From NCBI GenBank assembly GCA_016180645.1, contig JACPAV010000006.1:62001-126000 (forward strand): DNA of 64,000 nucleotides. Direction: 5' to 3'. The stretch is from Nitrospirota bacterium. GTDB lineage: Bacteria > JACPQY01. The translations under genes were made by a program, and so were the position numbers. A model generated the notes under the pieces. That model worked only from the letters and a program-made list of their open reading frames with translations, had not been told where the DNA came from and did no database searches. Positions 1 through 10,179 of this stretch are shown piece by piece (positions within the stretch are counted from its first letter, which is position 1; every line of letters begins with the position of its first letter).

Positions 1-1001
1 TGCTTGGCTTCGCGCAAGGCCCACGTCCAAGGACGGCGATATGAAACCAGATGATGATGCGGCGCGGAGTGGATGTCTTTGGCGATCTGCCGCTTCAACG
101 CATCCACGGAATCAAATTTCTTCTCTGACCGAATTCGCTCCAGGAGCTCGACGCGCAAGGTCCGCCCGTAGAGCGGTTTCTTCCATCCTGGGATGTGTAC
201 CTCCAGGCTGAGCGTCTTCCCTCCCACCGTGGGATTGGTGCCAATGCTCATGACGGCCGGTAGCCGCTCGGGGGGATATTTACCCCTGTCCATCTCCACC
301 CAAACCGAGTAGATGCCCTTGGCCGGGATCACCGCGTCACCCACATCCAGGTTCGCCGTGGGGAAACCGATCCTGGAACCGAGCCCTCGCCCCTTGCGGA
401 CAACTCCGATCAACACGTAGGGACGCCCCAGGAGTTTCCGGGCTTCCGCCACTTCGCCCGCATTGATCTTCTCCCGAATCAGTGTGCTCTTGATGAGGAC
501 CCCGTGCCGGCGGATCGGCGCCACGACCTGAAACTGAAATCCCCATTCCCGGGCCAGTTTCTCCAACAGGGCAGAATCACCCTCCCTATCTCTCCCGAAG
601 AAGAAGTCATAGCCCACGATCAACACCCGCGCGCCCAGCCCCTTCACCACATAGCGCCGCACAAAATCCCTCGGAGCGAGACGCGCCGTACTGTGGCTGA
701 ATCGAAGAACAAACAGGTGGTCCACTCCCGAAGACCGGATCTGGCGAATTTTTTCCGGGAGAGGGGTCAACAGCCTGAAATCCGCCGCCTTGCCGAGGAC
801 CTTTCCGGGATGCGGGTGGAGCGTCACGATCACCGATTGGAGACCGGCCCGTCGGGCCGTCTCGCGGACGCGCCGGAAAATCTCCTGATGTCCCAAGTGC
901 ACACCGTCAAAATTCCCGATCGTGGCAACGGTCCCGACCTTCCTGCTCCGTGCAGCCAGGATTGAAGCTCGAATCGATTTCAAACCGGTGTGGGCACGCA
1001 T
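1..1001 (-). CDS. ribF: Bifunctional riboflavin kinase/FAD synthetase (3' end runs off window)
   Basis: Manual translation from ATG 1001: ATIGNFDGVHLGHQ, IGFPTANL, EVHIPG..LYG..IRSEKKFDSVDALKRQIAKD; no stop before window edge, so absent from the ORF track. Confidence 0.95.
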   Translation of the reverse strand, partial: MRAHTGLKSIRASILAARSRKVGTVATIGNFDGVHLGHQEIFRRVRETARRAGLQSVIVTLHPHPGKVLGKAADFRLLTPLPEKIRQIRSSGVDHLFVLRFSHSTARLAPRDFVRRYVVKGLGARVLIVGYDFFFGRDREGDSALLEKLAREWGFQFQVVAPIRRHGVLIKSTLIREKINAGEVAEARKLLGRPYVLIGVVRKGRGLGSRIGFPTANLDVGDAVIPAKGIYSVWVEMDRGKYPPERLPAVMSIGTNPTVGGKTLSLEVHIPGWKKPLYGRTLRVELLERIRSEKKFDSVDALKRQIAKDIHSAPHHHLVSYRRPWTWALREAK

Positions 1002-1074
1002 AGAATGCGGACACCCAAGCTATCCTCTCGATCCTTCGATGTCAACGGAACGGGCATGATGTAGACTACGCGCC

Positions 1075-2196
1075 ATGATCATGCACGCCTACATCGTCAA
1101 GGAGTTCCTCATTCCTTGTCTCATCGGCTTCTGCTTGTTCACATCCGTATTTCTCTCGGACAAAATTCTCCGCTTGCTGGACCTCCTCCTCACCCAGGGC
1201 GTGCCCTTCGCCGTGATTGCGCGACTCTATCTCCTCTCGCTTCCCTCGTTTCTCCCCATCACCATCCCGCTTTCATTCCTTGTGGGCCTCACGGTCGGGT
1301 TCGCCCGACTGTCCGCCGACGGCGAGTACATGGCGATGAGAGTGTCCGGCCGGCCGTTCCGGTCGCTCCTGGTTGCGCCGGCCGTCTTCGGGGTGATCTT
1401 CTACTCGCTTTCCATGTATGTTTCCGTCTACGCCCAGCCCAAAGCCGCCATGTCCTTCAAAGACCTCCTGAGAGAAACGGCCGAGAGCCAGATCGAGTCC
1501 GCCGTGAAAGAGCGCGTGTTCTTCGACGAGTTCGAAAACCTCCTGCTCTACGTTCAAAAGGTTTCCAAAGATACCCGCGCGTTTGGAGGGGTATTCATCT
1601 CCGACCAACGTGAAGGACGGAACATGACCGTGATAGCACGGAGCGGAGTCCTGACCAAACCCGCGGAGGATGTGCCCGAAGGCGAGCAGGAATCGCGAAA
1701 ATTCGTCCTCGAGGGGGGCGTGTCCGTCAGCCGGGCGAAGGATCGCGACGAGCTGACGCTTGTGCGTTTCGATCGCTACGAACTGCCGATGCGAAATGTG
1801 AAGAAGTCTTTCGTGAAGCCCCTGCCCGACCCGCGGGATCTGACTCACATTCAACTCAAGGCCGAAATCCAGCGCATGAAGGCCGAACAGGTGGAATTCA
1901 AACAGGTCTTTCCCTACGAAATCGAATTCTATCGTAAATGGGCAATGCCCTTTTCGTGCTTCGTTTTTCTCCTGCTGGGGCCCGCCCTCGTGGCGGTGGC
2001 CCGGGGTTCCGGCGCGTTGCGCGGGTATTGGGTTTGCCTGAGTCTCGCGTTCACCTACTACCTACTCCTCACCGCGTCCACGCGCCTTGGCGAGCGCGGC
2101 CTCATCCAGCCGATCATCGTCGCATGGGCGCCGAACGTTGTGCTCACAATCGTCGGCCTGCTCCTGTACGCCCGAAGGGAGCGGCAAGGTGTCTGA
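1075..2196 (+). CDS. lptF: LPS export ABC transporter permease LptF
   Basis: YjgP/YjgQ architecture, RLSADGEYMAMRVSG motif, first of a tandem pair. Confidence 0.85.
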   Translation: MIMHAYIVKEFLIPCLIGFCLFTSVFLSDKILRLLDLLLTQGVPFAVIARLYLLSLPSFLPITIPLSFLVGLTVGFARLSADGEYMAMRVSGRPFRSLLVAPAVFGVIFYSLSMYVSVYAQPKAAMSFKDLLRETAESQIESAVKERVFFDEFENLLLYVQKVSKDTRAFGGVFISDQREGRNMTVIARSGVLTKPAEDVPEGEQESRKFVLEGGVSVSRAKDRDELTLVRFDRYELPMRNVKKSFVKPLPDPRDLTHIQLKAEIQRMKAEQVEFKQVFPYEIEFYRKWAMPFSCFVFLLLGPALVAVARGSGALRGYWVCLSLAFTYYLLLTASTRLGERGLIQPIIVAWAPNVVLTIVGLLLYARRERQGV

Positions 2197-3316
2197 CCCT
2201 GAGAAGAAGGGCCGGTTCGGTTTCCGTTCAACGCTCCGGATCACAACGACCAAGTACCTGATCTCGGAGTACGCGAAACTCATCCTTCTGACCCTGTCGG
2301 GGCTGCTCGTTGTCTATGCCATCGTCGATCTTTTCGAGATCGGGCGGCTGCTTTACCGGTACCGCGCCGCACTGAGCTTCCTTCCCAAACTGCTGTTCCT
2401 GAACCTTCCCCTGATCATCTATCACCTCATTCCCGTCGCCGTCCTGATCGGGACGCTCATCTCGACCGGCCTGCTCATCCGGAACAACGAGCTGGTCGTC
2501 CTCCGAATTTGCGGGTTTACCTACCTGCGCCTCTTCGCCGTCATCGCCATCCCCTGCGCGGGCTTCGCCGCCACCAGTTTCCTCATCGGCGAGAAACTGG
2601 TGCCGCGCACCATCGAAGTTCGGAACAAGATCATCGTTCAGGAGATTCGCAAGATTCAGAGGGCGGCGGTCCAGACGACTCACGGGATCTGGATTCCCGG
2701 CATCAGTTCCATCTTCCAGGCGGAATCGATCCGTCAGGAAGAGCGGCTCCTCCAGAAGGTGAGGGTGTACCGGCTCGATGAGGCCTTTCGGCTCCACACG
2801 TACATCGAGGCGGAAGAAGGACAATACGATAAAAAGGAATGGGTCTTCCGGCGGGGGAAGTCCCACCAGTTCAAGGAAGGGGATCTCTTCTCCGTACAAC
2901 CCTTCGAGGAATTGCGCGTGCGCCTGCCGGAGTCCTTCGACGATTTCGAAATCTTCAAAGAGGATCCGGACACGATGAGCTTCGGCCACCTGTGGACGCT
3001 GACGCGGAAGCTGATGAATGAGGGGTACGACGCCCGGGAGTATCTTGTGGCTCTTCATACGCGGCTTTCGTTTCCCTCGTTGGCGCTGCCATTGTCACTC
3101 CTCGGATTTGCGCTCGCCCACATGGGGGGCGGGCGGAAGAAGACGCTCGGGGGGACGCTGTTTCTCGCCGTGCTCGCCTCGTTCTTCGCCTGGACGCTCT
3201 TCGCCCTCACCATCATCCTGGGCCGTCACGGCCTCCTCCCCGCCGAGATCGCCGCCTGGCTCATCCACCTCCCCCTCCTCTCCGCCGGCCTCATCATCCT
3301 GGCCCGGCAGATGTAG
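2189..3316 (+). CDS. lptG: LPS export ABC transporter permease LptG
   Basis: LIRNNELVVLRICG motif; likely GTG start at 2189 overlapping the lptF end (track ORF starts 2087). Confidence 0.85.
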   Translation: MSDPEKKGRFGFRSTLRITTTKYLISEYAKLILLTLSGLLVVYAIVDLFEIGRLLYRYRAALSFLPKLLFLNLPLIIYHLIPVAVLIGTLISTGLLIRNNELVVLRICGFTYLRLFAVIAIPCAGFAATSFLIGEKLVPRTIEVRNKIIVQEIRKIQRAAVQTTHGIWIPGISSIFQAESIRQEERLLQKVRVYRLDEAFRLHTYIEAEEGQYDKKEWVFRRGKSHQFKEGDLFSVQPFEELRVRLPESFDDFEIFKEDPDTMSFGHLWTLTRKLMNEGYDAREYLVALHTRLSFPSLALPLSLLGFALAHMGGGRKKTLGGTLFLAVLASFFAWTLFALTIILGRHGLLPAEIAAWLIHLPLLSAGLIILARQM

Positions 3317-3373
3317 CGCACACAGGCCCAGCCTGTGGAAAAATGGTACAAGTGCTAGTGTGTTCTTCATGGA

Positions 3374-3411
3374 TTGATTCTGTGTACCAAATCGCATAGA
3401 ATAGTTCTATG
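3374..3411 (+). promoter_or_regulatory. Sigma70 promoter with palindromic operator of vapBC
   Basis: TTGATT(3374)-17 bp-TAGAAT(3397); inverted repeat CATAGAA-N3-TTCTATG 3395-3411 covers the -10 and the ATG. Confidence 0.65.
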
Positions 3412-3618
3412 AATCGCACAACAGTGACACTTCCCGAGAGTGCCGTCGAAGAGCTCCGCCGCCTCCGGGGTGCGCGAAGCAAGGCGGATGCCGTTCGCTC
3501 GGCGGTGGAAGAGGCCATCGCGTACCAGAAGCAGATCCTGTGGTTGGAACAGACCAGGGGAAAGCGGCACCTCCATCCCAACACGGCGGGCTGGCGTGAC
3601 CGGATCGGCGACCGATAG
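3409..3618 (+). CDS. VapB-family (RHH-like) antitoxin
   Basis: MNRTTVTLPE..SKADAVRSAVEE; overlaps downstream PIN gene. Confidence 0.8.
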   Translation: MNRTTVTLPESAVEELRRLRGARSKADAVRSAVEEAIAYQKQILWLEQTRGKRHLHPNTAGWRDRIGDR

Positions 3619-4006
3619 GCCCGTCCTCGTCGATACCTCCGCCTGGATCGACCACGACCACGGAAGAGGCCTTGCACCGTTGGTAGAAGAGCTGGTTCGC
3701 TCCCGGCGCGCTCTCGTGACGGCCCCGGTGGTCGCCGAACTCTTGAGAGGCGCGAAAACCGTAACCGGTCGAGCGCGGTATCGTTCGCTGGTGGGCATCT
3801 TCCCCGTCGTCGAGCCTCGCCTGGAGGATTGGATTCGAGCCGGCGAGGTCGCCGCTGATTTCGACCGCCGGGGAACGAGAATTCCGATGATAGATTTCCT
3901 CCTGGCAGCCCTGGCCGCCCGGTTGGGCAGCTCCATCCTCACCTCAGATCCCCACTTTCAAACGATTGCCGCTGCCACCGGGGCAACTCTTTATCGCACA
4001 GTCTAG
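3596..4006 (+). CDS. VapC PIN-domain ribonuclease toxin
   Basis: VLVDTSAWID, VVAELLRGA, IDFLLAA, LTSDPHF; probable GTG start 3596. Confidence 0.9.
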   Translation: MTGSATDRPVLVDTSAWIDHDHGRGLAPLVEELVRSRRALVTAPVVAELLRGAKTVTGRARYRSLVGIFPVVEPRLEDWIRAGEVAADFDRRGTRIPMIDFLLAALAARLGSSILTSDPHFQTIAAATGATLYRTV

Positions 4007-4122
4007 AGCACGACCCCAACCTCAAGCCGATTTCCAAACAAGTCAATATTCAAGATTGACCCCGTGTACCCAATAGCCCTTTAAGGCTCGGCGACCTGAC
4101 CTGCCAGGCAGCCGCCGACCCA

Positions 4123-5295
4123 TCAATCGTTCAGCGAGACTTCGAGGTAGTCGGTGCGCTGGAAGGCTTTGCCCTTCTGGAGGTCGCTCATGTCGGCCAT
4201 GCCGTCCGTCACCATCGCGCCCGGCGCGCCGGAGGCAATGCCGGAGAAACGGAGACGGAGGTCCTCCGGATTGTTGGAGTTGGCAAGCGCCTCGTCCTGC
4301 GTCACCTTCCCCTCCTTCACGAGCTGGAAAAGGTGCTGATTGAAGCTCTGCATCCGGTAGTACGTGTTGGAACTCTCGATCGCCTGATTGATCTTGAACG
4401 TTTCCCCCTCGGCGATCATCTTGGAGATGGTCGGTGAGTTGATCATGATTTCCATCGCCGCAGCGCGGCCCTGACCGCTCGCCAGCCGGCACAAGCGCTG
4501 GGCGATAACCGCCACGAGGCAGGATGAAAGCTGCTGCCGCACTTGTCCCTGCTGCTCGTGCGGAAACGAATCGACGATACGGTCGATCGATTGCCGGGCA
4601 TCGTTCGTGTGCAGCGTAGATAGAACCAAATGCCCCGTTTCAGCGGCTGTGACCGCCGTGTTAATCGTCTCCGGATCGCGCATTTCGCCCACAAGAATGA
4701 GGTCCGGGTCCTGCCGCATGGCCCGTCGAAGACCTTCCGCCATGCTCCGCGTATCGAGGCCGATCTCCCGCTGATTGATCGTGGCGAACTTGTCCGCGTA
4801 AACGAATTCGATCGGGTCCTCCAGCGTCACCACGTGACACGCGCGGGTTCCATTCACGTAATCGATGATGGCGGCGAGCGACGTCGACTTCCCGCTTCCC
4901 GTCGGACCGGTCACCAGGATCAGTCCGCGATGTTTGGAAGCAAGGTCCTTCAACACGGGCGGAAGCCCCATTTCATCGATGGTCGGAATCTTGTAGGGGA
5001 TGGCGCGGACGACCATGCCCACGTTGCCTTTCTGGATGAACCCGTTGACGCGGAACCGGGAAAGGTTGGTGATTTCGTAGGAGAAGTCGATCTCCTGGTC
5101 GTTCTCATACTTCTGAATCTGGCGTTGCGTCATCATACTGTAGAGCAGGGCCTTGATTTCCTCCTGTGCCAGGGGATTGGCCTTCGAGGGTAGAAGTTTC
5201 CCTTGAACACGGAACAGGGCGGGCCGCCCTACTTTCAAATGCAGGTCAGATGCCTTGTTCTTGATGAGGGCCTGGAGCAGTTCGTTGATCTGCAT
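4123..5295 (-). CDS. pilT: Type IV pilus retraction ATPase, PilT/PilU family
   Basis: ASDLHL, GPTGSGKSTS, TLEDPIE, RQDPDLILVGEMRD, AETGHLVLSTLHT. Confidence 0.9.
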   Translation of the reverse strand: MQINELLQALIKNKASDLHLKVGRPALFRVQGKLLPSKANPLAQEEIKALLYSMMTQRQIQKYENDQEIDFSYEITNLSRFRVNGFIQKGNVGMVVRAIPYKIPTIDEMGLPPVLKDLASKHRGLILVTGPTGSGKSTSLAAIIDYVNGTRACHVVTLEDPIEFVYADKFATINQREIGLDTRSMAEGLRRAMRQDPDLILVGEMRDPETINTAVTAAETGHLVLSTLHTNDARQSIDRIVDSFPHEQQGQVRQQLSSCLVAVIAQRLCRLASGQGRAAAMEIMINSPTISKMIAEGETFKINQAIESSNTYYRMQSFNQHLFQLVKEGKVTQDEALANSNNPEDLRLRFSGIASGAPGAMVTDGMADMSDLQKGKAFQRTDYLEVSLND

Positions 5296-5297
5296 CG

Positions 5298-6404
5298 TCA
5301 GGAGGGTTGAGGCGGCGTCTCCCTCTTGAGAAACCGGCCGATCGATCCTGATGCGCCGATTCCGAGGGCCATCAACACTTTCTGCTCTTCACTGCCGACC
5401 GGCTGAATCCCGTTCGATCCGATCCCCAGTGAGCCCAGGAGGACTTGGCCGTACCAGATCGGAACGCAAAAAAGTGATTGCATCTGGGCGGACGCCTTCA
5501 CTTCCGGCGGGAGTTTCCAGTCGTCCACTCCGTCCGCCTTCTGCTTGAGGATCGGCTTCTGCCCCTTGATGCTTTCGAAAAAGGCCGAACCCTCCTCCTT
5601 CACGATCACCGGATCGCCGAATCCCTGGGTCGTATGGGAATAGAGCATGTGCTTGGCGCCGTCGGTCAGGAGGAGAAAAGATGAGTCCGTCTGCGTAAGT
5701 TGAAGGGCGGATTTCAGGATGCTTCTCGAACATTCGTAAAGGGATTTCGCATTATAGACCGACGGCACCGACTCGATGATCGAGACAAGCGATTTCAGGC
5801 GCCGCTCGTATTTCTGCATCAGTCGGAAATTCTCGATGAGCGAAGCCGCGCCGTGGGAGATCTCTTTGAGGATCTCCAGGTCGTCCGCCGTAAAAACGTC
5901 GTTTCCCTTCTTGTTGATCCACTCCACCACGCCGTACACCTTCCCCCGGATATTGATCGGCATGCAGAGGATGGAGCGCGTTTCGAATTTCAGCGCCTCG
6001 CTGATTTCCTTGAAGAAGCGGGGATCCTTGAAGACGTCCGACACCGCCAAGGTCTCCGACGTTTCGGCGCTGTATCCCGCAATGCCCTTCCCCATCGGCA
6101 CCCTGAACTTCATGACCTGATCGGCCGCGGGGCCGCGGGCGGCGACGAAGAAGAGATCCCCCTTCTTCTCGTCCACTTCCAGAATGCTGCCGGCCTCGCA
6201 ATCCACGGCCTCCATGCACAGATCCATGATCTTGTTGATAAGCACACTGAACTCACCCCGCAGGGAAAGCAGGGACACCAGTTTCCCAACGATTTCGAGG
6301 CGCTTACCGAGTTGGGTTACACCCTGATCGAAGACGAGACCTTCGGAGATCTGGACCTCCTCCGGCGTGGGTACTTCCTCGGGGGTTTCCAATTCGATGG
6401 TCAC
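5298..6404 (-). CDS. Tandem GAF-domain protein without output domain
   Basis: GKGIAG..DPRF..ETRSILCMPI..GVVEWINKK..FTADD, plus a second degenerate GAF. Confidence 0.85.
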   Translation of the reverse strand: MTIELETPEEVPTPEEVQISEGLVFDQGVTQLGKRLEIVGKLVSLLSLRGEFSVLINKIMDLCMEAVDCEAGSILEVDEKKGDLFFVAARGPAADQVMKFRVPMGKGIAGYSAETSETLAVSDVFKDPRFFKEISEALKFETRSILCMPINIRGKVYGVVEWINKKGNDVFTADDLEILKEISHGAASLIENFRLMQKYERRLKSLVSIIESVPSVYNAKSLYECSRSILKSALQLTQTDSSFLLLTDGAKHMLYSHTTQGFGDPVIVKEEGSAFFESIKGQKPILKQKADGVDDWKLPPEVKASAQMQSLFCVPIWYGQVLLGSLGIGSNGIQPVGSEEQKVLMALGIGASGSIGRFLKRETPPQPS

Positions 6405-6420
6405 GAAGATCGACTCTCTT

Positions 6421-6948
6421 CTACTGTCCCCAACTGTCCCAAAGGATTTTCAATTCCGGTTTGCGGCCGCTCATGCCCGAAACCTTCAGCACCATGTGTT
6501 CCTTTCGGTTCCCATCCTCGTACGCAACCTTCACCACGTCCCGATCCAACCACTCCGGCTTAAGGAAATACCAGGCTGCCCCGTAGTGCGTGGCCGGATG
6601 GGGGATCAGTTTGGCCGCCTCTTCCGTTTCGAAGAACTTCTCAACCTCTCCCCGATCGATTTCCGCACCGGAGGAGACCACCTCGGCGGGACCGCCCTTG
6701 GCCCGCTCCCGGATGCTCTCAATCTTGTCCTTTAGTGCACCGATAATCGCCTCGGGTTTCTGGAGATTCACGCCCTGGGCGGGCGCGGGCTTCTTGGATT
6801 TGAGCCACTCCGGCTCCCGAAAACCGCGGATGTCCATGATCATGTACATGACAGCCACGGTCAGAGCGGACGCGAAAAGGGCCTTGATGTTCCCGGCTCC
6901 TCGATGGTTTGCAGCCACGGGAAGCATCTTACCTCGGAACGCCTTCAC
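6421..6948 (-). CDS. Hypothetical membrane-anchored protein
   Basis: Fills the lipA-GAF gap on the operon strand; one N-terminal hydrophobic helix. Confidence 0.6.
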   Translation of the reverse strand: MKAFRGKMLPVAANHRGAGNIKALFASALTVAVMYMIMDIRGFREPEWLKSKKPAPAQGVNLQKPEAIIGALKDKIESIRERAKGGPAEVVSSGAEIDRGEVEKFFETEEAAKLIPHPATHYGAAWYFLKPEWLDRDVVKVAYEDGNRKEHMVLKVSGMSGRKPELKILWDSWGQ

Positions 6949-7915
6949 TTTGAACCCTTTCGTTTACCCCACCATCTGAAACAGCCGCTGTTGGCGGCTC
7001 GCGGCACGAGGCCACCCCGTGGCCGGTTTCAGGTGGTGGGGTCACACCGGCCTCGTGCCTGGCCCTCTCCGCATGATAGGAACTCCTGACGAACGGGCCG
7101 GAAGCCGCCTGCCTAAACCCCAATTCCAGAGCTTTCGTCCGGAGGCGCGCGAAAACCTCCGGATGCACATATTCAGAAACCGGCAGGCAATCCGCGGAGG
7201 GCCGGAGGTACTGACCAATGGTCACCATTTCGCAGCCGGCCCCGCGTAGATCCTTGAGAACGTCGATGACTTCGTCTTCCCGTTCCCCCAAGCCCACCAT
7301 CAGCCCCGATTTCGCCACCACTTTCGGTTCAGCCTTTTTCGCAGACGTCAGGACTCCAAGAGACCGATCATAAGACGCGGCGGGTCGGACCCGCTTCTGG
7401 AGGCGGGGGACCGTCTCGATATTGTGGTTGTAGATGTGGACGCCGCTCCGGGCAACTCGTGCGATTTTTCCCTCATCTCCGCTGAAGTCTGGTGTAAGAA
7501 CCTCGACGGTGACGGTTGGGACGGAGTTTCTCAGCGCACGCACGCAAGCCTCGAACCCCGCGGCTCCTTCGTCCGGGAGATCATCGCGGGCGGGGGAGGT
7601 CAGGACCACATGCTTGAGACGAAGTTTCTCCACAGCCTCGGCGACGTGGCGCGGCTCAAGGGGGTCTACCGTCGGTGGTTTTCCGGTGGTAACCGAGCAG
7701 AAGCCGCAGCGCCGGGTGCAGACATCCCCCAATATCATGAAGGTCGCCGTCCCCAGAGTAAAACACTCCTCCATGTTCGGGCAGCGCGCCTCCTCGCAGA
7801 CCGTGTGGAGTTTCGTTCCACGGAGCAGGATCTTCATGCCGTGGAGACCTTCGCTCCAGCGAATAGGCTTGCGAACCCACTCGGGAAGCCGTGTTTGGGG
7901 TAGCCGGACGCCCAT
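6929..7915 (-). CDS. lipA: Lipoyl synthase
   Basis: HTVCEEARCPNMEEC, CTRRCGFC, GPFVRSSYHA; ATG 7915 preferred over 7957. Confidence 0.97.
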   Translation of the reverse strand: MGVRLPQTRLPEWVRKPIRWSEGLHGMKILLRGTKLHTVCEEARCPNMEECFTLGTATFMILGDVCTRRCGFCSVTTGKPPTVDPLEPRHVAEAVEKLRLKHVVLTSPARDDLPDEGAAGFEACVRALRNSVPTVTVEVLTPDFSGDEGKIARVARSGVHIYNHNIETVPRLQKRVRPAASYDRSLGVLTSAKKAEPKVVAKSGLMVGLGEREDEVIDVLKDLRGAGCEMVTIGQYLRPSADCLPVSEYVHPEVFARLRTKALELGFRQAASGPFVRSSYHAERARHEAGVTPPPETGHGVASCREPPTAAVSDGGVNERVQSEGVPR

Positions 7916-7920
7916 GGACG

Positions 7921-10179
7921 TTATCCCACGGCCCCCAGTTCCAACCGCCCCTGCCATTTCCTAAGGAGAATTCGCCGGGTCTCACGGTGCTCGGGGCGCG
8001 AGAGGTCCGAATCCGTTTCCAATGTCTTGTCCGCCCAGTCCCGCGCTTTCCGCAGAAGGCTGACATCCGTAACCAAATTGCCGAGGTGGAATTCCGGAAT
8101 GCCGGATTGTCTCACGCCAAGGAATTCGCCCGGCCCCCGGATGCGGAGGTCTTCATCGGCGATCTCAAAGCCATTCTGGGTACGCGTCATGATTTCCAGC
8201 CGGCGGGCCGAGTCCCCTCCGACTCCCCCCCCCCCGGCCACCAGCAGGCACGTGGAGGGAGCCGAGCCTCGCCCGACCCGCCCCCGCAACTGGTGGAGTT
8301 GCGAAAGCCCGAACCGCTCGGCGTGCTCCACCACCATGACCGTGGCGTTGGGCACATCGATACCCACCTCGACCACCGTCGTCGAAACCAGGATATCGAT
8401 CCGGCCTTCACCGAAACTCCGCATGATCTTGTCCTTGTCCTCCTCCTTCATCCTCCCGTGGACCAGCCCCACACGCAAGTCCGGAAATATCCGCTTCTGG
8501 AACTCTTCGGCCATCCGGACCGCGTTTTTCAGATAGAGCTTTTCGGATTCTTCGATGAGAGGATACACGATGAAGGCCTGATGGCCTTTTTTCACTTCAT
8601 CGTGGACGAACTTGTAGTACCGGGCGCGCTGGGATTCCCGGACCACGCGCGTGGCCACCGGCTGCCTACCGGGTGGGAGTTCGTCCAACGTGCTGACATC
8701 GAGATCGCCATACAGAGTCATGGCCAAGGTCCGCGGGATCGGCGTCGCCGTCATGCTCAGAACATGGGGAGAAGTTCCTTTACCCATCAGGATGGCACGT
8801 TGGGCCACACCGAATCGATGCTGTTCATCCACCACCACAAGTCCCAACCGCCCGAATTCGACGCGATCCTGGATCAGGGCGTGCGTTCCCACAACGATCT
8901 TGCACAAGCCTGACTTGAGATCGGACGCGATGCGTCGACGCTCCTGCGGGCCCATGCGACCGGTCAGAATTTCCACTCGAAGTTTCAAAGGCCCAGCCCA
9001 CGCTTGCAGCGTACGGTGGTGTTGCTCCGCCAGGATTTCCGTCGGCGCCATGAAGACGGTTTGGAACTCATTCTCCGCAGCGTTCAACGCCGCCAGAAAG
9101 GCCACCACGGTTTTTCCGCTTCCGACATCGCCCTCAAGGAGCCGGTGCATGGGGACCGGACGCCGCAGATCCGCGGTCACCTCGCCCAGGCAGCGCTCCT
9201 GCGCCGCGGTAAGGGCGAATCCCAAGCCGGCCTTCGCCCGTCCGGCCAACTCCCCCTGGATTTCGAAGGCATGTCCTCTTTGCTTTTGCAGCGAGCGCTT
9301 CCTGAGCAGCAACCCCAGACCGAGCAGATAAAACTCCTCAAGAATGATTCGGCGTTGGCAGGGTGAGCGTCTCGACAAAAGTTTCACCAGATCGTCGTCG
9401 CCCGCCGGGAAATGGACTTTTTCCAGCGATGGAGCCAGCGCCGGGAGGCGTTCGGTTCGTTCAAGGGCCGGCGGCAGGGCCGAGCGAACCGATGAGGCCG
9501 CCGAGTTCAGCGCCTCGCGCATGATCGTTCGGATGCGTCTCGAACTCAGTCCGCCAATCTCGGTATAGACGGGGACCAGGCGGCCGAAATGAAGCGACGG
9601 GACAGACCCGGTACCCAGCGGCGACGTCGGAACTGCTCCCGCCGTTTCGGAAATGAGTTCGATTCCCGGATGGATGATTTCCCGCCGACCCCGAAACGTC
9701 CGTACCTGGCCAATGAGCACCATCTCCAGTCCCGGCTTGAAAACCGCTTCGTATCCCGCCCGAAATTGAAACCAGCGACCGGTCAGATAGCCGGTTCCAT
9801 CGGAGAAGACGACGTCCAGCACCCTTCTTCCTCCTCGAAGGAATCCCAATTTGGAATGAACGACACGGCCGACGGTGGTCGCATCCTCACCGGCCCGCAG
9901 TTGGGAGAAAGGGGTGATACGGCGCCGGTCCTCATAGGATCGGGGAAAGAAGTAGAGGAGGTCCGCCATCGTCTCAATCCCCGACTTCTGGAAAATCGAA
10001 CCGATCTTCGGCCCGACACCCCGCACATACCGCACCTGCTTCTCCAACATGGATTCCGATCGAGGTCCCGGTGGAGGACCGGACGTAGAGGATGAGCGAG
10101 GGGGATTACTCTGGAGATCCAGGGAGCCGGGGTCTTGGATGGAGGAAGCGTCAGGCGGCGATTCCAAGGGTGGATTCAA
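7921..10179 (-). CDS. recG: ATP-dependent DNA helicase RecG
   Basis: GDVGSGKT, DEQHRFGV, MTATPIPRTL, QLHQLRGRVGRG, DLRIRGPGE; start could be ~10050. Confidence 0.97.
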   Translation of the reverse strand: MNPPLESPPDASSIQDPGSLDLQSNPPRSSSTSGPPPGPRSESMLEKQVRYVRGVGPKIGSIFQKSGIETMADLLYFFPRSYEDRRRITPFSQLRAGEDATTVGRVVHSKLGFLRGGRRVLDVVFSDGTGYLTGRWFQFRAGYEAVFKPGLEMVLIGQVRTFRGRREIIHPGIELISETAGAVPTSPLGTGSVPSLHFGRLVPVYTEIGGLSSRRIRTIMREALNSAASSVRSALPPALERTERLPALAPSLEKVHFPAGDDDLVKLLSRRSPCQRRIILEEFYLLGLGLLLRKRSLQKQRGHAFEIQGELAGRAKAGLGFALTAAQERCLGEVTADLRRPVPMHRLLEGDVGSGKTVVAFLAALNAAENEFQTVFMAPTEILAEQHHRTLQAWAGPLKLRVEILTGRMGPQERRRIASDLKSGLCKIVVGTHALIQDRVEFGRLGLVVVDEQHRFGVAQRAILMGKGTSPHVLSMTATPIPRTLAMTLYGDLDVSTLDELPPGRQPVATRVVRESQRARYYKFVHDEVKKGHQAFIVYPLIEESEKLYLKNAVRMAEEFQKRIFPDLRVGLVHGRMKEEDKDKIMRSFGEGRIDILVSTTVVEVGIDVPNATVMVVEHAERFGLSQLHQLRGRVGRGSAPSTCLLVAGGGGVGGDSARRLEIMTRTQNGFEIADEDLRIRGPGEFLGVRQSGIPEFHLGNLVTDVSLLRKARDWADKTLETDSDLSRPEHRETRRILLRKWQGRLELGAVG

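Noticed and set aside
9593-9650. Repeat-derived insert in recG (TAGAVPTSPLGTGSVP)
   Set aside because: Looks like an extra loop, but there is no second copy or clean palindrome in the window to support it.
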